Made by a program: the position numbers and the translations under genes. Shown here one piece after another: positions 54,013 through 61,870 of a stretch of 64,000 nt of DNA. The notes below the pieces were generated by a model. It ran no database searches. It was not told where the DNA came from and worked only from the letters and a program-made list of their open reading frames with translations. The stretch is taken from NCBI GenBank assembly GCA_043784925.1, contig JAYVXU010000025.1, positions 22,649 to 86,648 on the forward strand. Direction: 5' to 3'. The number at the start of each line of letters is the position of its first letter. Position 1 is the stretch's first letter. Origin of the DNA: Candidatus Adlerbacteria bacterium (GTDB lineage: Bacteria; Patescibacteriota; Minisyncoccia; Phycocordibacterales; SBAW01).

Positions 54013-54228
54013 TTATTTAGAATACTTTTCGTACCAGGTATTCACAAAAATTTCTGAGGGGTCGTATTTCTTTTTTGCAGCAAAAAAAGCATCAACTTCG
54101 GGGTATGCCTTGTGTAATTGTTCTTGTGAATAGTACAGCTGATAATGTAGATAAAATGTGCCTCCTGCATTTTCGGCAAGATCTATAAGATCGGTCGTAG
54201 TTTTCTGCGAGTGTGAGGTAATACTGCA
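54013..54228 (-). pseudogene. Remnant C-terminus of an FAD-linked oxidase (ALO / gulonolactone-oxidase-like C-terminal domain)
   Basis: The minus frame encodes ...DLIDLAENAGGTFYLHYQLYYSQEQLHKAYPEVDAFFAAKKKYDPSEIFVNTWYEKYSK* with no start codon. It begins immediately after the stop of the DUF2177 gene. Confidence 0.45.
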
Positions 54229-54624
54229 TCATCCAATTTTACTCATAATAAAATATGTGATGGTCGACACGGATGCGGCTAATACTGCTCCCCATATCAA
54301 ATCAACAAGGGTGACCAACAAAGGCCAATCCCGGGCAACCGCTAAATTAGTAAGGTCATAGGTTGCGTAACACACCAAACCGAATAGGGCACCAAAAAGT
54401 AGAGCGTGCGTCCACGAACCTTTTTCGACAGCAGGAGTAATAACAAACACGACCAATCCCGAGATAAAAATCAGATAAAAAATAATTGCTGCCGCCCAAT
54501 TTATATCCGCTTTCATTAAGCCGCCAATTTGGGCCCGATAAAAATTCTTTGCAATGAGACCAAGCCAAAGCATATCGATGGCAAAAAAAACTGGAAGTGC
54601 TATAGCGTAAAGTTTTATAAACAT
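54229..54624 (-). CDS. DUF2177-like membrane protein
   Basis: 131 aa, 4 TM, N-terminal MFIKLYAIALPVFFAIDMLWLG pattern. Confidence 0.45.
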   Translation of the reverse strand: MFIKLYAIALPVFFAIDMLWLGLIAKNFYRAQIGGLMKADINWAAAIIFYLIFISGLVVFVITPAVEKGSWTHALLFGALFGLVCYATYDLTNLAVARDWPLLVTLVDLIWGAVLAASVSTITYFIMSKIG

Positions 54625-54734
54625 AGTGTGGGTTTATTTTTAATACGAAACTATTTAAACATTTTAGTAAAATATCGAAGGAAGATGTTTGTGCACTATT
54701 TGTTTATACGGTTATAGTATAGTCAAAAAATCTT

Positions 54735-55451
54735 TTGATAGCTATATTTGGTCTAGAACCTCCGCTGCGTGTTAAACTTAAACTCATGAAAAAAGTTTTG
54801 TACACCCTTTCTTTCCTAATTGGACTCTCCTTTATTTTATTTACAGCTTATTTTTTAACGCAAGATTTCCCTATATACGATAGGTTCTATAGTCCTCAAG
54901 TAAGAAATGAGAGGGACTTAAAAAGAATCAGGCTCAGTTTGCCCAAGCAAGTTGGTGACTTTGTGCTCCAAGTATCTCTCAAAAATTCAGACATAATTCA
55001 AATATATGAAGGGTGTTTTGATAAATATAGCCAGGGTACAGTAGATGAGTCGCTTGCGGTGTTGTGCGAAAGAGAAATTATTGCAAGGTATAAAAATCCT
55101 CGGAGTGATAAAGAAATGACTGTTGATTTCCTTTCAAACTTCAAGAGTTTGGACGATTATAATTCGCATATAAATAAGTCATTCATTGAAAAGCAGTTAC
55201 ATGGATATAAGATTTTTCGTTTTAAAACCGAGACGGATAACGAAGTTCTCTGGTATCCAGAGGAGAAAAGAAATTTGGTTTTAAATAGTTTAGGTTGGTA
55301 TCCTAAAAAACTCATTACGACCATAGGTGTGCAACAATCAAAAATTATAAGCTTACCTGATGGTGGAGTGAGTACTGATCTAAGAGAACCTATAGATACA
55401 GAAAGCCCCGTTATTTTATATTTTCTAGAAAAATACCCACCCAAAAAATAA
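54735..55451 (+). CDS. Membrane-anchored hypothetical protein
   Basis: 238 aa with an N-terminal TM (LYTLSFLIGLSFILFTAYFL). Confidence 0.4.
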   Translation: MIAIFGLEPPLRVKLKLMKKVLYTLSFLIGLSFILFTAYFLTQDFPIYDRFYSPQVRNERDLKRIRLSLPKQVGDFVLQVSLKNSDIIQIYEGCFDKYSQGTVDESLAVLCEREIIARYKNPRSDKEMTVDFLSNFKSLDDYNSHINKSFIEKQLHGYKIFRFKTETDNEVLWYPEEKRNLVLNSLGWYPKKLITTIGVQQSKIISLPDGGVSTDLREPIDTESPVILYFLEKYPPKK

Positions 55452-55580
55452 AAGATACTTATGTGTTTTAGGATGCGTCAAGTTTGCGTTATTTTGATTG
55501 AAAAGATGTAGGACAGAGCTAATCCTTTCAATGTTTTATACAAAACTTAAACTCTGGAGTTGGGTGCTTATTCGCTATGT

Positions 55581-55609
55581 TTGACAGAAGGATCCAATAG
55601 AAATATACT
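55581..55609 (+). promoter_or_regulatory. Sigma70-like promoter TTGACA-17-TATACT for arsR (near-leaderless)
   Basis: -35 at 55581-55586, -10 at 55604-55609, about 8 nt before the in-frame GTG at 55617. Confidence 0.5.
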
Positions 55610-55628
55610 TAACAATGTGGTTAAGTAT
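55605..55628 (+). promoter_or_regulatory. Candidate ArsR operator: inverted repeat ATACTTAAC-N6-GTTAAGTAT overlapping -10 and start codon
   Basis: Perfect 9-bp arms. The position implies autoregulation. Confidence 0.45.
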
Positions 55629-55946
55629 AGGACAGAGGAAATTTTTGCGGCTTTAGGGCAACCAATACGCAGGCAAATGGTCGAGAAGTTGGCTCGGCAG
55701 GGGAGTATGTCAATCTCTCTGATGGCAGAGCCATTTGCAATCTCTCTTCCTGCTGCGCTCAAGCATACGCAAGTGCTTGAAGAGTGCGGTTTGATCACTC
55801 GCGCAAAGCTTGGGCGCGTGCAGTATTGCACGCTCAATCCCCAAGCTTTTGAAGAAGTGGTGGGCTGGCTCATGGTGCAACAGTCATTTTGGGACAAGAG
55901 TTTTGATAGGCTCGAAAAACACTTTACTCATAATAAAAAGAAATAA
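55617..55946 (+). CDS. ArsR/SmtB-family transcriptional regulator
   Basis: HTH region IFAALGQPIRRQMVEKLARQGSMSISLMAEPFAISLPAALKHTQVLEECGLI. Start moved to the in-frame GTG at 55617, because the track start at 55560 would place the promoter and operator inside the CDS. Confidence 0.75.
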   Translation: MVKYRTEEIFAALGQPIRRQMVEKLARQGSMSISLMAEPFAISLPAALKHTQVLEECGLITRAKLGRVQYCTLNPQAFEEVVGWLMVQQSFWDKSFDRLEKHFTHNKKK

Positions 55947-55949
55947 GCT

Positions 55950-56390
55950 ATGGCTGAAATTGGATTCACGACCACACGCACATTTAATGCTTCTCCGGAA
56001 GAAGTGTTTGAAGCGTGGACTAATCCCGAAGAGTTGGCCCGTTGGCATGGCCCCGAAGGGTTTACAAATGTTATACATTTGCATGATCTGCGTGAAGGAG
56101 GCGAATATCGCCTTACTATGAAGTCGCCGGATGGAAAGGACCATAGTTTGCGTGGGCAGTTTAAGACAATTGAAAAGCCTACTCGACTTGTCTTTACTTG
56201 GCAGTGGGAAGAGGGTGGGAAGGACGACACGCTTGGACATGAAACTCTAGTGACGGTGGAGCTTAAGCCCAAAGGTACAAAAACAGAAATGACCTTCACA
56301 CACTCTGGTTTTACTAGTGAAGAAGCGAAAAAAGGGCATGAAGACGGTTGGACAAGCAGCTTTAAGAAGCTCGAAGCGTTGTATAGCTAG
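55950..56390 (+). CDS. SRPBCC/AHSA1-domain protein (Activator of Hsp90 ATPase homolog-like)
   Basis: EEVFEAWTNPEELARWHGPEGF... is the typical AHSA1 family. 4-nt gap after arsR (operon). Confidence 0.8.
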   Translation: MAEIGFTTTRTFNASPEEVFEAWTNPEELARWHGPEGFTNVIHLHDLREGGEYRLTMKSPDGKDHSLRGQFKTIEKPTRLVFTWQWEEGGKDDTLGHETLVTVELKPKGTKTEMTFTHSGFTSEEAKKGHEDGWTSSFKKLEALYS

Positions 56391-56433
56391 ATTCGAAAAT
56401 AATAGATATTTATTACAATAACAAAAACAATAT

Positions 56434-56769
56434 ATGAAAAAATATATAGCACTGTATCTCGCCCCTGTTTCCGCAATGGAGCAAATGATGAAAAATTCAT
56501 CACCTGAAGATAGGAAAAAAGGCATGGAAGCGTGGATGGGTTGGGCAAAGGGCTTAGGGTCGTCGATGGTAGAGTTGGGAACTCCTCTTGGTCATAATAA
56601 AAAAGTGACTCCTGAGGGAGTGTCAGATACTAAAAACGACGTCTGCGGGTATTCAATAGTAGAAGCAGAGTCTCACGATGCCGCAACTGAATTTTTTAAA
56701 AACAGCCCACACCTTCAAATCCCTGGTGCGTCAGTCGATGTGCTCGAGTGCATGTCGATGAACATGTAA
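56434..56769 (+). CDS. YciI-like/Dabb-fold small protein, hypothetical
   Basis: 111 aa. Weak resemblance to YCII-related domain proteins. Confidence 0.35.
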   Translation: MKKYIALYLAPVSAMEQMMKNSSPEDRKKGMEAWMGWAKGLGSSMVELGTPLGHNKKVTPEGVSDTKNDVCGYSIVEAESHDAATEFFKNSPHLQIPGASVDVLECMSMNM

Positions 56770-56790
56770 GTAAAAGAAAAAAGCTTTACA

Positions 56791-56820
56791 AAAAGACAGT
56801 CAAGAATGGCTGTCTTTTTG
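56791..56820. terminator. Rho-independent terminator
   Basis: AAAAGACAG-N10-CTGTCTTTT. Confidence 0.65.
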
Positions 56821-56944
56821 GTTGTATAATCTGAAAGAATTTTTGCGCCCAACTAATTCGACCTACATTAAAAGGTGTTCCTGTTTTGAGAATGAGACAT
56901 TAAAACCATATAGTCTATATTGCAAAGGTTTTTCACATGCTATA

Positions 56945-56964
56945 TTGTTCGCATATGCGAACAA
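56945..56964 (+). promoter_or_regulatory. Perfect 20-bp palindrome TTGTTCGCATATGCGAACAA centred on the mntR start codon (candidate MntR/DtxR operator)
   Basis: Perfect 10+10 palindrome. Putative promoter TTGAGA-17-TATAGT at 56886-56914 upstream. Confidence 0.5.
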
Positions 56965-57371
56965 ATACTTTGACGTCGGTTAAAGAAGATTATTTGCGTG
57001 CAATTTTTCTTATACAAGAAAAAAATGACCATTCAATAAAGCTGGTTAACGTCGCAGATAGACTTGGCCTCAGTCGCTCGACTGTTACCGAGCGCATTCA
57101 AGAACTAATTGCGCAAGGATATTTGGTACGCAAAGAATCATCACAGCTTGCATTTACTAAGCGTGGATTTACCGCTGCAAAAAAACTAACGCACAAGCAC
57201 CGTATGATAGAAGTTTTTTTGCACGACGTATTGCACATTCCTAAAAACAAAGTTCATGCAGAAGCTCACAAACTTGAGCACGCGATGAGCGACGAGGTGA
57301 TCAAAAAACTAGGGTCCTTTCTTGGCAATCCGCTCTACGACTCTCACGGCAAACCTATCCCTCCTTTATAA
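56955..57371 (+). CDS. mntR: DtxR/MntR-family metal-dependent transcriptional regulator
   Basis: [52 protein letters not shown] winged HTH, then a metal-binding helical region with H/E residues. Start moved to the ATG at 56955 (the track has 56937). Confidence 0.8.
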   Translation: MRTNTLTSVKEDYLRAIFLIQEKNDHSIKLVNVADRLGLSRSTVTERIQELIAQGYLVRKESSQLAFTKRGFTAAKKLTHKHRMIEVFLHDVLHIPKNKVHAEAHKLEHAMSDEVIKKLGSFLGNPLYDSHGKPIPPL

Positions 57372-57376
57372 AAAAT

Positions 57377-58666
57377 ATGAACAATGACAACTTTGGACTT
57401 GCAAAAAAAATACCCGTACCCCTGCGAGGGAGTTTTCTTGCTAAACTTTTTGCTTTTTCCGGACCCGGATATTTAGTTGCGGTTGGATACATGGACCCTG
57501 GCAATTGGGCGACAGATCTTGCAGGAGGTGCACAGTTTGGGTACGCACTTTTGTTTGTCGTATTGCTCTCCAACTTGATAGCAATGCTTTTGCAGCATCT
57601 GGCAGCAAAATTGGGTGTGGTGACAGGGCTCGATCTTGCACAAATATCACACGGATTTCCTAAACCGCTTCGTATTTTACTTTGGCTTTCCGCCGAACTC
57701 ATGATCATTGCGTGCGACATCGCCGAGGTTATAGGCTCTGCTATTGCACTACAATTATTGTTTCATATCCCGCTTGTATTCGGCATTGTAATCACTGCAC
57801 TCGACGTTTTACTATTACTCCTTTTACAAAACAAAGGATTCAGGTATTTAGAGGCATTGGTCATAACTTTGATCGCTACCATTTTTGCTTGTTTTGTTGT
57901 CGAAGTGTTTATGGCGAATCCGGCAGTGGTGCCGCTTTTAGCAGGATTTATCCCTTCTACAAAGATATTTACAAACCCAAACATGCTGTATATAGCACTC
58001 GGCATCATTGGTGCCACAGTGATGCCGCACAACTTGTATCTACATTCATCTATTGTAAAAACTCGTGAACATGGCAAGGATTCTGCAGGAAAAAAAGAGG
58101 CTATATTTTTCTCGACACTGGATTCCACGATAGCACTCTCACTCGCCTTTTTTGTAAACGCAGCAATATTAATTGTCGCTGCATCAGTCTTTCATTTTTC
58201 TGGACATCAAAATGTAAGTGACATTAGCGAAGCGTTCCGGTTGCTCGCGCCTCTTTTGGGGTTTGGTGCGGCAGGTGTTGTATTTGCGGTGGCTCTGTTA
58301 GCTTCGGGACAAAACTCTACGCTCACCGGTACGCTTGCGGGACAAATCATAATGGAGGGATTCTTACATATCACACTTAAACCTTGGATACGTCGATTGA
58401 TAACGCGCCTTTTGGCGATAGTGCCAGCCATCATGGTCGCAATCTATTATGGCGAAAGTGGAACAGGGAGGTTGCTTATATTGAGCCAAGTTATCCTAAG
58501 TATTCAATTGCCGTTCGCGGTTATTCCTCTTGTTTATTTTACGAGCAAGAAAAAGTACATGGGAGAATTTACAAATTCGCTTTGGCTCACCGTGCTCTCA
58601 TCTATCATTGCTGTGTGCCTTGTCGGGCTCAATCTCTGGCTTATCGTGAGCGCAATTTTTACTTAG
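57377..58666 (+). CDS. mntH: NRAMP-family divalent metal (Mn2+/Fe2+) transporter
   Basis: [28 protein letters not shown] is the NRAMP signature. 11-12 TM helices. Confidence 0.9.
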   Translation: MNNDNFGLAKKIPVPLRGSFLAKLFAFSGPGYLVAVGYMDPGNWATDLAGGAQFGYALLFVVLLSNLIAMLLQHLAAKLGVVTGLDLAQISHGFPKPLRILLWLSAELMIIACDIAEVIGSAIALQLLFHIPLVFGIVITALDVLLLLLLQNKGFRYLEALVITLIATIFACFVVEVFMANPAVVPLLAGFIPSTKIFTNPNMLYIALGIIGATVMPHNLYLHSSIVKTREHGKDSAGKKEAIFFSTLDSTIALSLAFFVNAAILIVAASVFHFSGHQNVSDISEAFRLLAPLLGFGAAGVVFAVALLASGQNSTLTGTLAGQIIMEGFLHITLKPWIRRLITRLLAIVPAIMVAIYYGESGTGRLLILSQVILSIQLPFAVIPLVYFTSKKKYMGEFTNSLWLTVLSSIIAVCLVGLNLWLIVSAIFT

Positions 58667-58667
58667 C

Positions 58668-58883
58668 CTAGGAAATTTGAGTACGGGTCGACGCGCACTT
58701 ATTAAGTTCAATTTGAATAAGGATCATCGCAACAGGGGCAATAACCACATACAAAAGGAACCAAAGAATCGGGTTATTGTCCTTTTTTACAAACATAGAA
58801 AAACCTTCCGAGTAGCGATATAAAAAATAAATATTTACTAGGGGAATTATAACAAGCCATGCTGTGGGTATTTTTGCACCCAA
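58668..58883 (-). CDS. DUF4234-like small membrane protein (probable frameshift near start, see findings)
   Basis: The track ORF begins at a TTG. The same frame extends upstream with no ATG and contains TFGIYAVYWLF, the DUF4234 hallmark. An ATG at 58993 is in another frame. Confidence 0.45.
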   Translation of the reverse strand: MGAKIPTAWLVIIPLVNIYFLYRYSEGFSMFVKKDNNPILWFLLYVVIAPVAMILIQIELNKCASTRTQIS

Positions 58884-59201
58884 GCTATTTATTTCTTCTG
58901 TTGTTGCAAATAGCCAGTAGACCGCATAAATACCGAAGGTAATAATAGAGAGGATAATAATGGCTGAGGGCCACGTTGTTTAATTTTCTTCATACTTTTA
59001 TTAGTATAGCAGACGCGGGCAGTGTCCCCGTAATACAAAATGTATCAAACGGCTTAATATTTTTCGGGTCGTATAAGTTATCGGTAACTACGCGGTTTAA
59101 TCGTATGACGAAATATATCCCGCACACAAGGAACAAAAACATACTATATATTAATACTTATGAAAATATGGTGACCGTGAACCGCCCCCATTTCCTCAAA
59201 T

Positions 59202-61265
59202 TTAAGGCTTATGTGCACCGAAGATCACTTCGGGAAATTGTTTTGTATGTCCATCAAGCAATATTGTCGTAGATCCCATTAATTCTTTGTCGAAGAATGC
59301 CACCGAGTACGCATTAACTATAGTATGCGCACGCTCTGCACCTATCGGTCCACTGATCCCAATAATTGGCAAAAACGGTGATAGCAGGTCGAGGTCAGTT
59401 AAATCAATATGGAACATTCCAGGTACCTGCACGAAGTAGCCATCTCCTGGCAAACTATCATACACTGAGCGCATAGTTGTCTGGGTTTGCTCGATATCCT
59501 TCTCTGCCCAGCCACCAGCTGTTTGTCTTTCGAGCCGCATTGTGGCGACAGGTCGTGTAATGAACATACTTGGCTGCTGCAGGTACTTCTGGACCACATT
59601 GGCGGTCATGGCAACATCCTCAATCAAGCAGGCCTTGAGGCGGGGGTCTTTCAAGCAGGCCTCGGCGCTAACCGTACCGCCGAGTGACATTCCAAACACC
59701 CCAGTATGCTGTAGATCTAGTTTACCGGTCAGGATATTTTTCGGGTCAGTTATGTTTATAGAAGCTAGCTGATCAAGCGTGAAGCTGACATCCTGCACAA
59801 AATACGGGATGATACCAATCGGCATTGCCCGACCGTTCAGCTGCGGTATTGTCTCAGCTGGACTGAAACTCTGATGGATCAAAGGTTGCATCACATTATC
59901 CACTGGTGGTACAACTATTTGATGTCCATCTGGAAAAACCACCGATGCGGCAGCGCCGGGTTGATCTAGTCCCACGACGATGTAGCCATGTGAGACCATC
60001 TCCTCAACCTGAAAGGTATTCATCTGACGATAGCCAGTGAGTCCTTCTAGAAAAATGAGCACCGGGTAGCTCTGTTTATTATTTGCTACCGGTACAGACT
60101 CAGCAGTATGCGTAGTAACGTATTTAAGTTGTGTTAATGCAAAATTTGGCAGACTGTGCAACTGTGCTAAAGCTGCAGTAACAACGTCGGCATCTTGTAT
60201 GTACAGAGCACGGGGTTGTGACGAGTCATACGTTGCGGGATACCAAACTTGCACCATAAGTTCGCGATGGTCGTTAGCGTCGGTTGTGAAAAGTTCCGGA
60301 CGAGTCGCATCGACCCAGTGATAGGTTACGGTGCCAATCGCGTATGGCCCCGTTGGTTTTGGAAAGCGGAACGCAGGGAGCACTGTCGATAACAAAACGG
60401 AAAGCATCACTCCGAGTACACCAACCCCAAGTATCAAGCTAGTAACAACTTTCTTTATTAGTTTCTGTTTTGTGAAGTTGAACCGAGCCAATGTTTGCGG
60501 ACCCCATAAGACCACCACGACTACTGCCACAGCCGCAGTGATCAAACCTGCTATGCGCATATCGTAATATGAGCCACTTATTGGAAAGAGCTGCCACGCG
60601 AGATTTATCATCGCGTGATAGAGAGCTGCGACAAAGACGCTCTTGCCTGTGTTGTTATAAATCCAGGTCATGATGACTCGAGTTGACACCGTGCCAAGAG
60701 ACCACCACGCGATGAACCAAAGCGATCGAGGTACTTCCAAAAGCGGCAGCCAATGCCATACCGCCCAGAATGTTCCGAGGACAAGTGCCCCGCCGAGTGC
60801 CCCAAAACGCTGCTGCAACGGATCAATCGCGTATCCTGTCCATCCCAATTCCTCGCCGAGAGTAAAGACGAAGAACATAATATAAAGTACGAGCGTGGTT
60901 ACAATCGATAACGACGGAATTGGTACCGACGCCCCCGAGAGACGCATTACAAAAAACATTAAGAAACTTATACCGAGAGGGATAAGGATAGTCGATATAT
61001 ACCAAATATTGTTTTTGACTGGCTTGAAGTCGAAGGATCTCTGTAGAAGCTCCTTCACGCCTGTAAGCCTTTGTTCTCGGTAAGCAAAAAAAGCAGCCGC
61101 GATCACTGGGCAGATAACTGCGAGCCCGGCCAATGGGATGCCAGGTAGCAGTTGGATATGTGTCAAAGTGCCGACCAGCAAGAACGGAATAGAGAGAACA
61201 TAGACCAAAACAAAAAACTTAAAGGGTGATTTCGTCATACTGTGCTCTGACAGCGTATGGCGCAT
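59202..61265 (-). CDS. Fusion: CPBP (CAAX protease/Abi) intramembrane metalloprotease domain plus alpha/beta hydrolase (PAF-acetylhydrolase-like) domain
   Basis: The N-terminal about 270 aa are polytopic with EELGWTGY (EExxxR-like) and FWAVWH motifs typical of CPBP. The C-terminal about 400 aa carry GVFGMSLGG (GxSxG nucleophile elbow) and a PAF-AH/dienelactone-hydrolase-like fold. Confidence 0.6.
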   Translation of the reverse strand: MRHTLSEHSMTKSPFKFFVLVYVLSIPFLLVGTLTHIQLLPGIPLAGLAVICPVIAAAFFAYREQRLTGVKELLQRSFDFKPVKNNIWYISTILIPLGISFLMFFVMRLSGASVPIPSLSIVTTLVLYIMFFVFTLGEELGWTGYAIDPLQQRFGALGGALVLGTFWAVWHWLPLLEVPRSLWFIAWWSLGTVSTRVIMTWIYNNTGKSVFVAALYHAMINLAWQLFPISGSYYDMRIAGLITAAVAVVVVVLWGPQTLARFNFTKQKLIKKVVTSLILGVGVLGVMLSVLLSTVLPAFRFPKPTGPYAIGTVTYHWVDATRPELFTTDANDHRELMVQVWYPATYDSSQPRALYIQDADVVTAALAQLHSLPNFALTQLKYVTTHTAESVPVANNKQSYPVLIFLEGLTGYRQMNTFQVEEMVSHGYIVVGLDQPGAAASVVFPDGHQIVVPPVDNVMQPLIHQSFSPAETIPQLNGRAMPIGIIPYFVQDVSFTLDQLASINITDPKNILTGKLDLQHTGVFGMSLGGTVSAEACLKDPRLKACLIEDVAMTANVVQKYLQQPSMFITRPVATMRLERQTAGGWAEKDIEQTQTTMRSVYDSLPGDGYFVQVPGMFHIDLTDLDLLSPFLPIIGISGPIGAERAHTIVNAYSVAFFDKELMGSTTILLDGHTKQFPEVIFGAHKP

Positions 61266-61332
61266 AAGTGCAATGCAGCGGATTCGACAAAAAGAAGAAT
61301 ACCGAGGATGACATGCGGATTCATATAAATTT

Positions 61333-61590
61333 TTAGGCGGTCTCAGAATCCTTTTTGACTACCACAATAGTGCATTTAGTCACGAGTGCCGCTATTGCCC
61401 CGACCGCTGCAAGTACAGGAAGTAAAACAGCTCCTATTGTGCCGATGGTAAGGGGTATTTCTATAAGCGATTTTCCCTCCTCATTCTTTATGATAATGCG
61501 GCGGGCATTTCCCGCCTGTATGAGTTCTTTAACTTTCTTTAAAAGCTCTTCTCCATTTAAACTGAACTCTTCTTGATTTTCTTTTGCCAT
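61333..61590 (-). CDS. DUF4342-like small protein
   Basis: 85 aa. The pattern EELLKKVKELIQAGNARRIIIKNEEGKSLIEIPLTIGTIGAVLLPVLAAVGAIAALVTKCTIVV matches DUF4342. Confidence 0.5.
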   Translation of the reverse strand: MAKENQEEFSLNGEELLKKVKELIQAGNARRIIIKNEEGKSLIEIPLTIGTIGAVLLPVLAAVGAIAALVTKCTIVVVKKDSETA

Positions 61591-61870
61591 GGCTTCAGTA
61601 TACCTCTATCACATGAATTACAGCCTAACTCCGCTTTTTAATTTAAAACAAAAAACCACCTGGAATATGGGGACAGTCATGCTCTGTAGAAAACACCTAG
61701 GTACGCACAATCATCACATTGTGTACAAACAACCGCAGCATCATCTCTCGACACTGGCTCCAGCAGGTACGAGCACGTAGCAAAGAAAGGTACCTGACAC
61801 CATTTCTCACAACTGTACGACCTTTTTTGGTGTGTTGCATGTGGGGCGGGGGTGCCATAGGATGAGTGTA

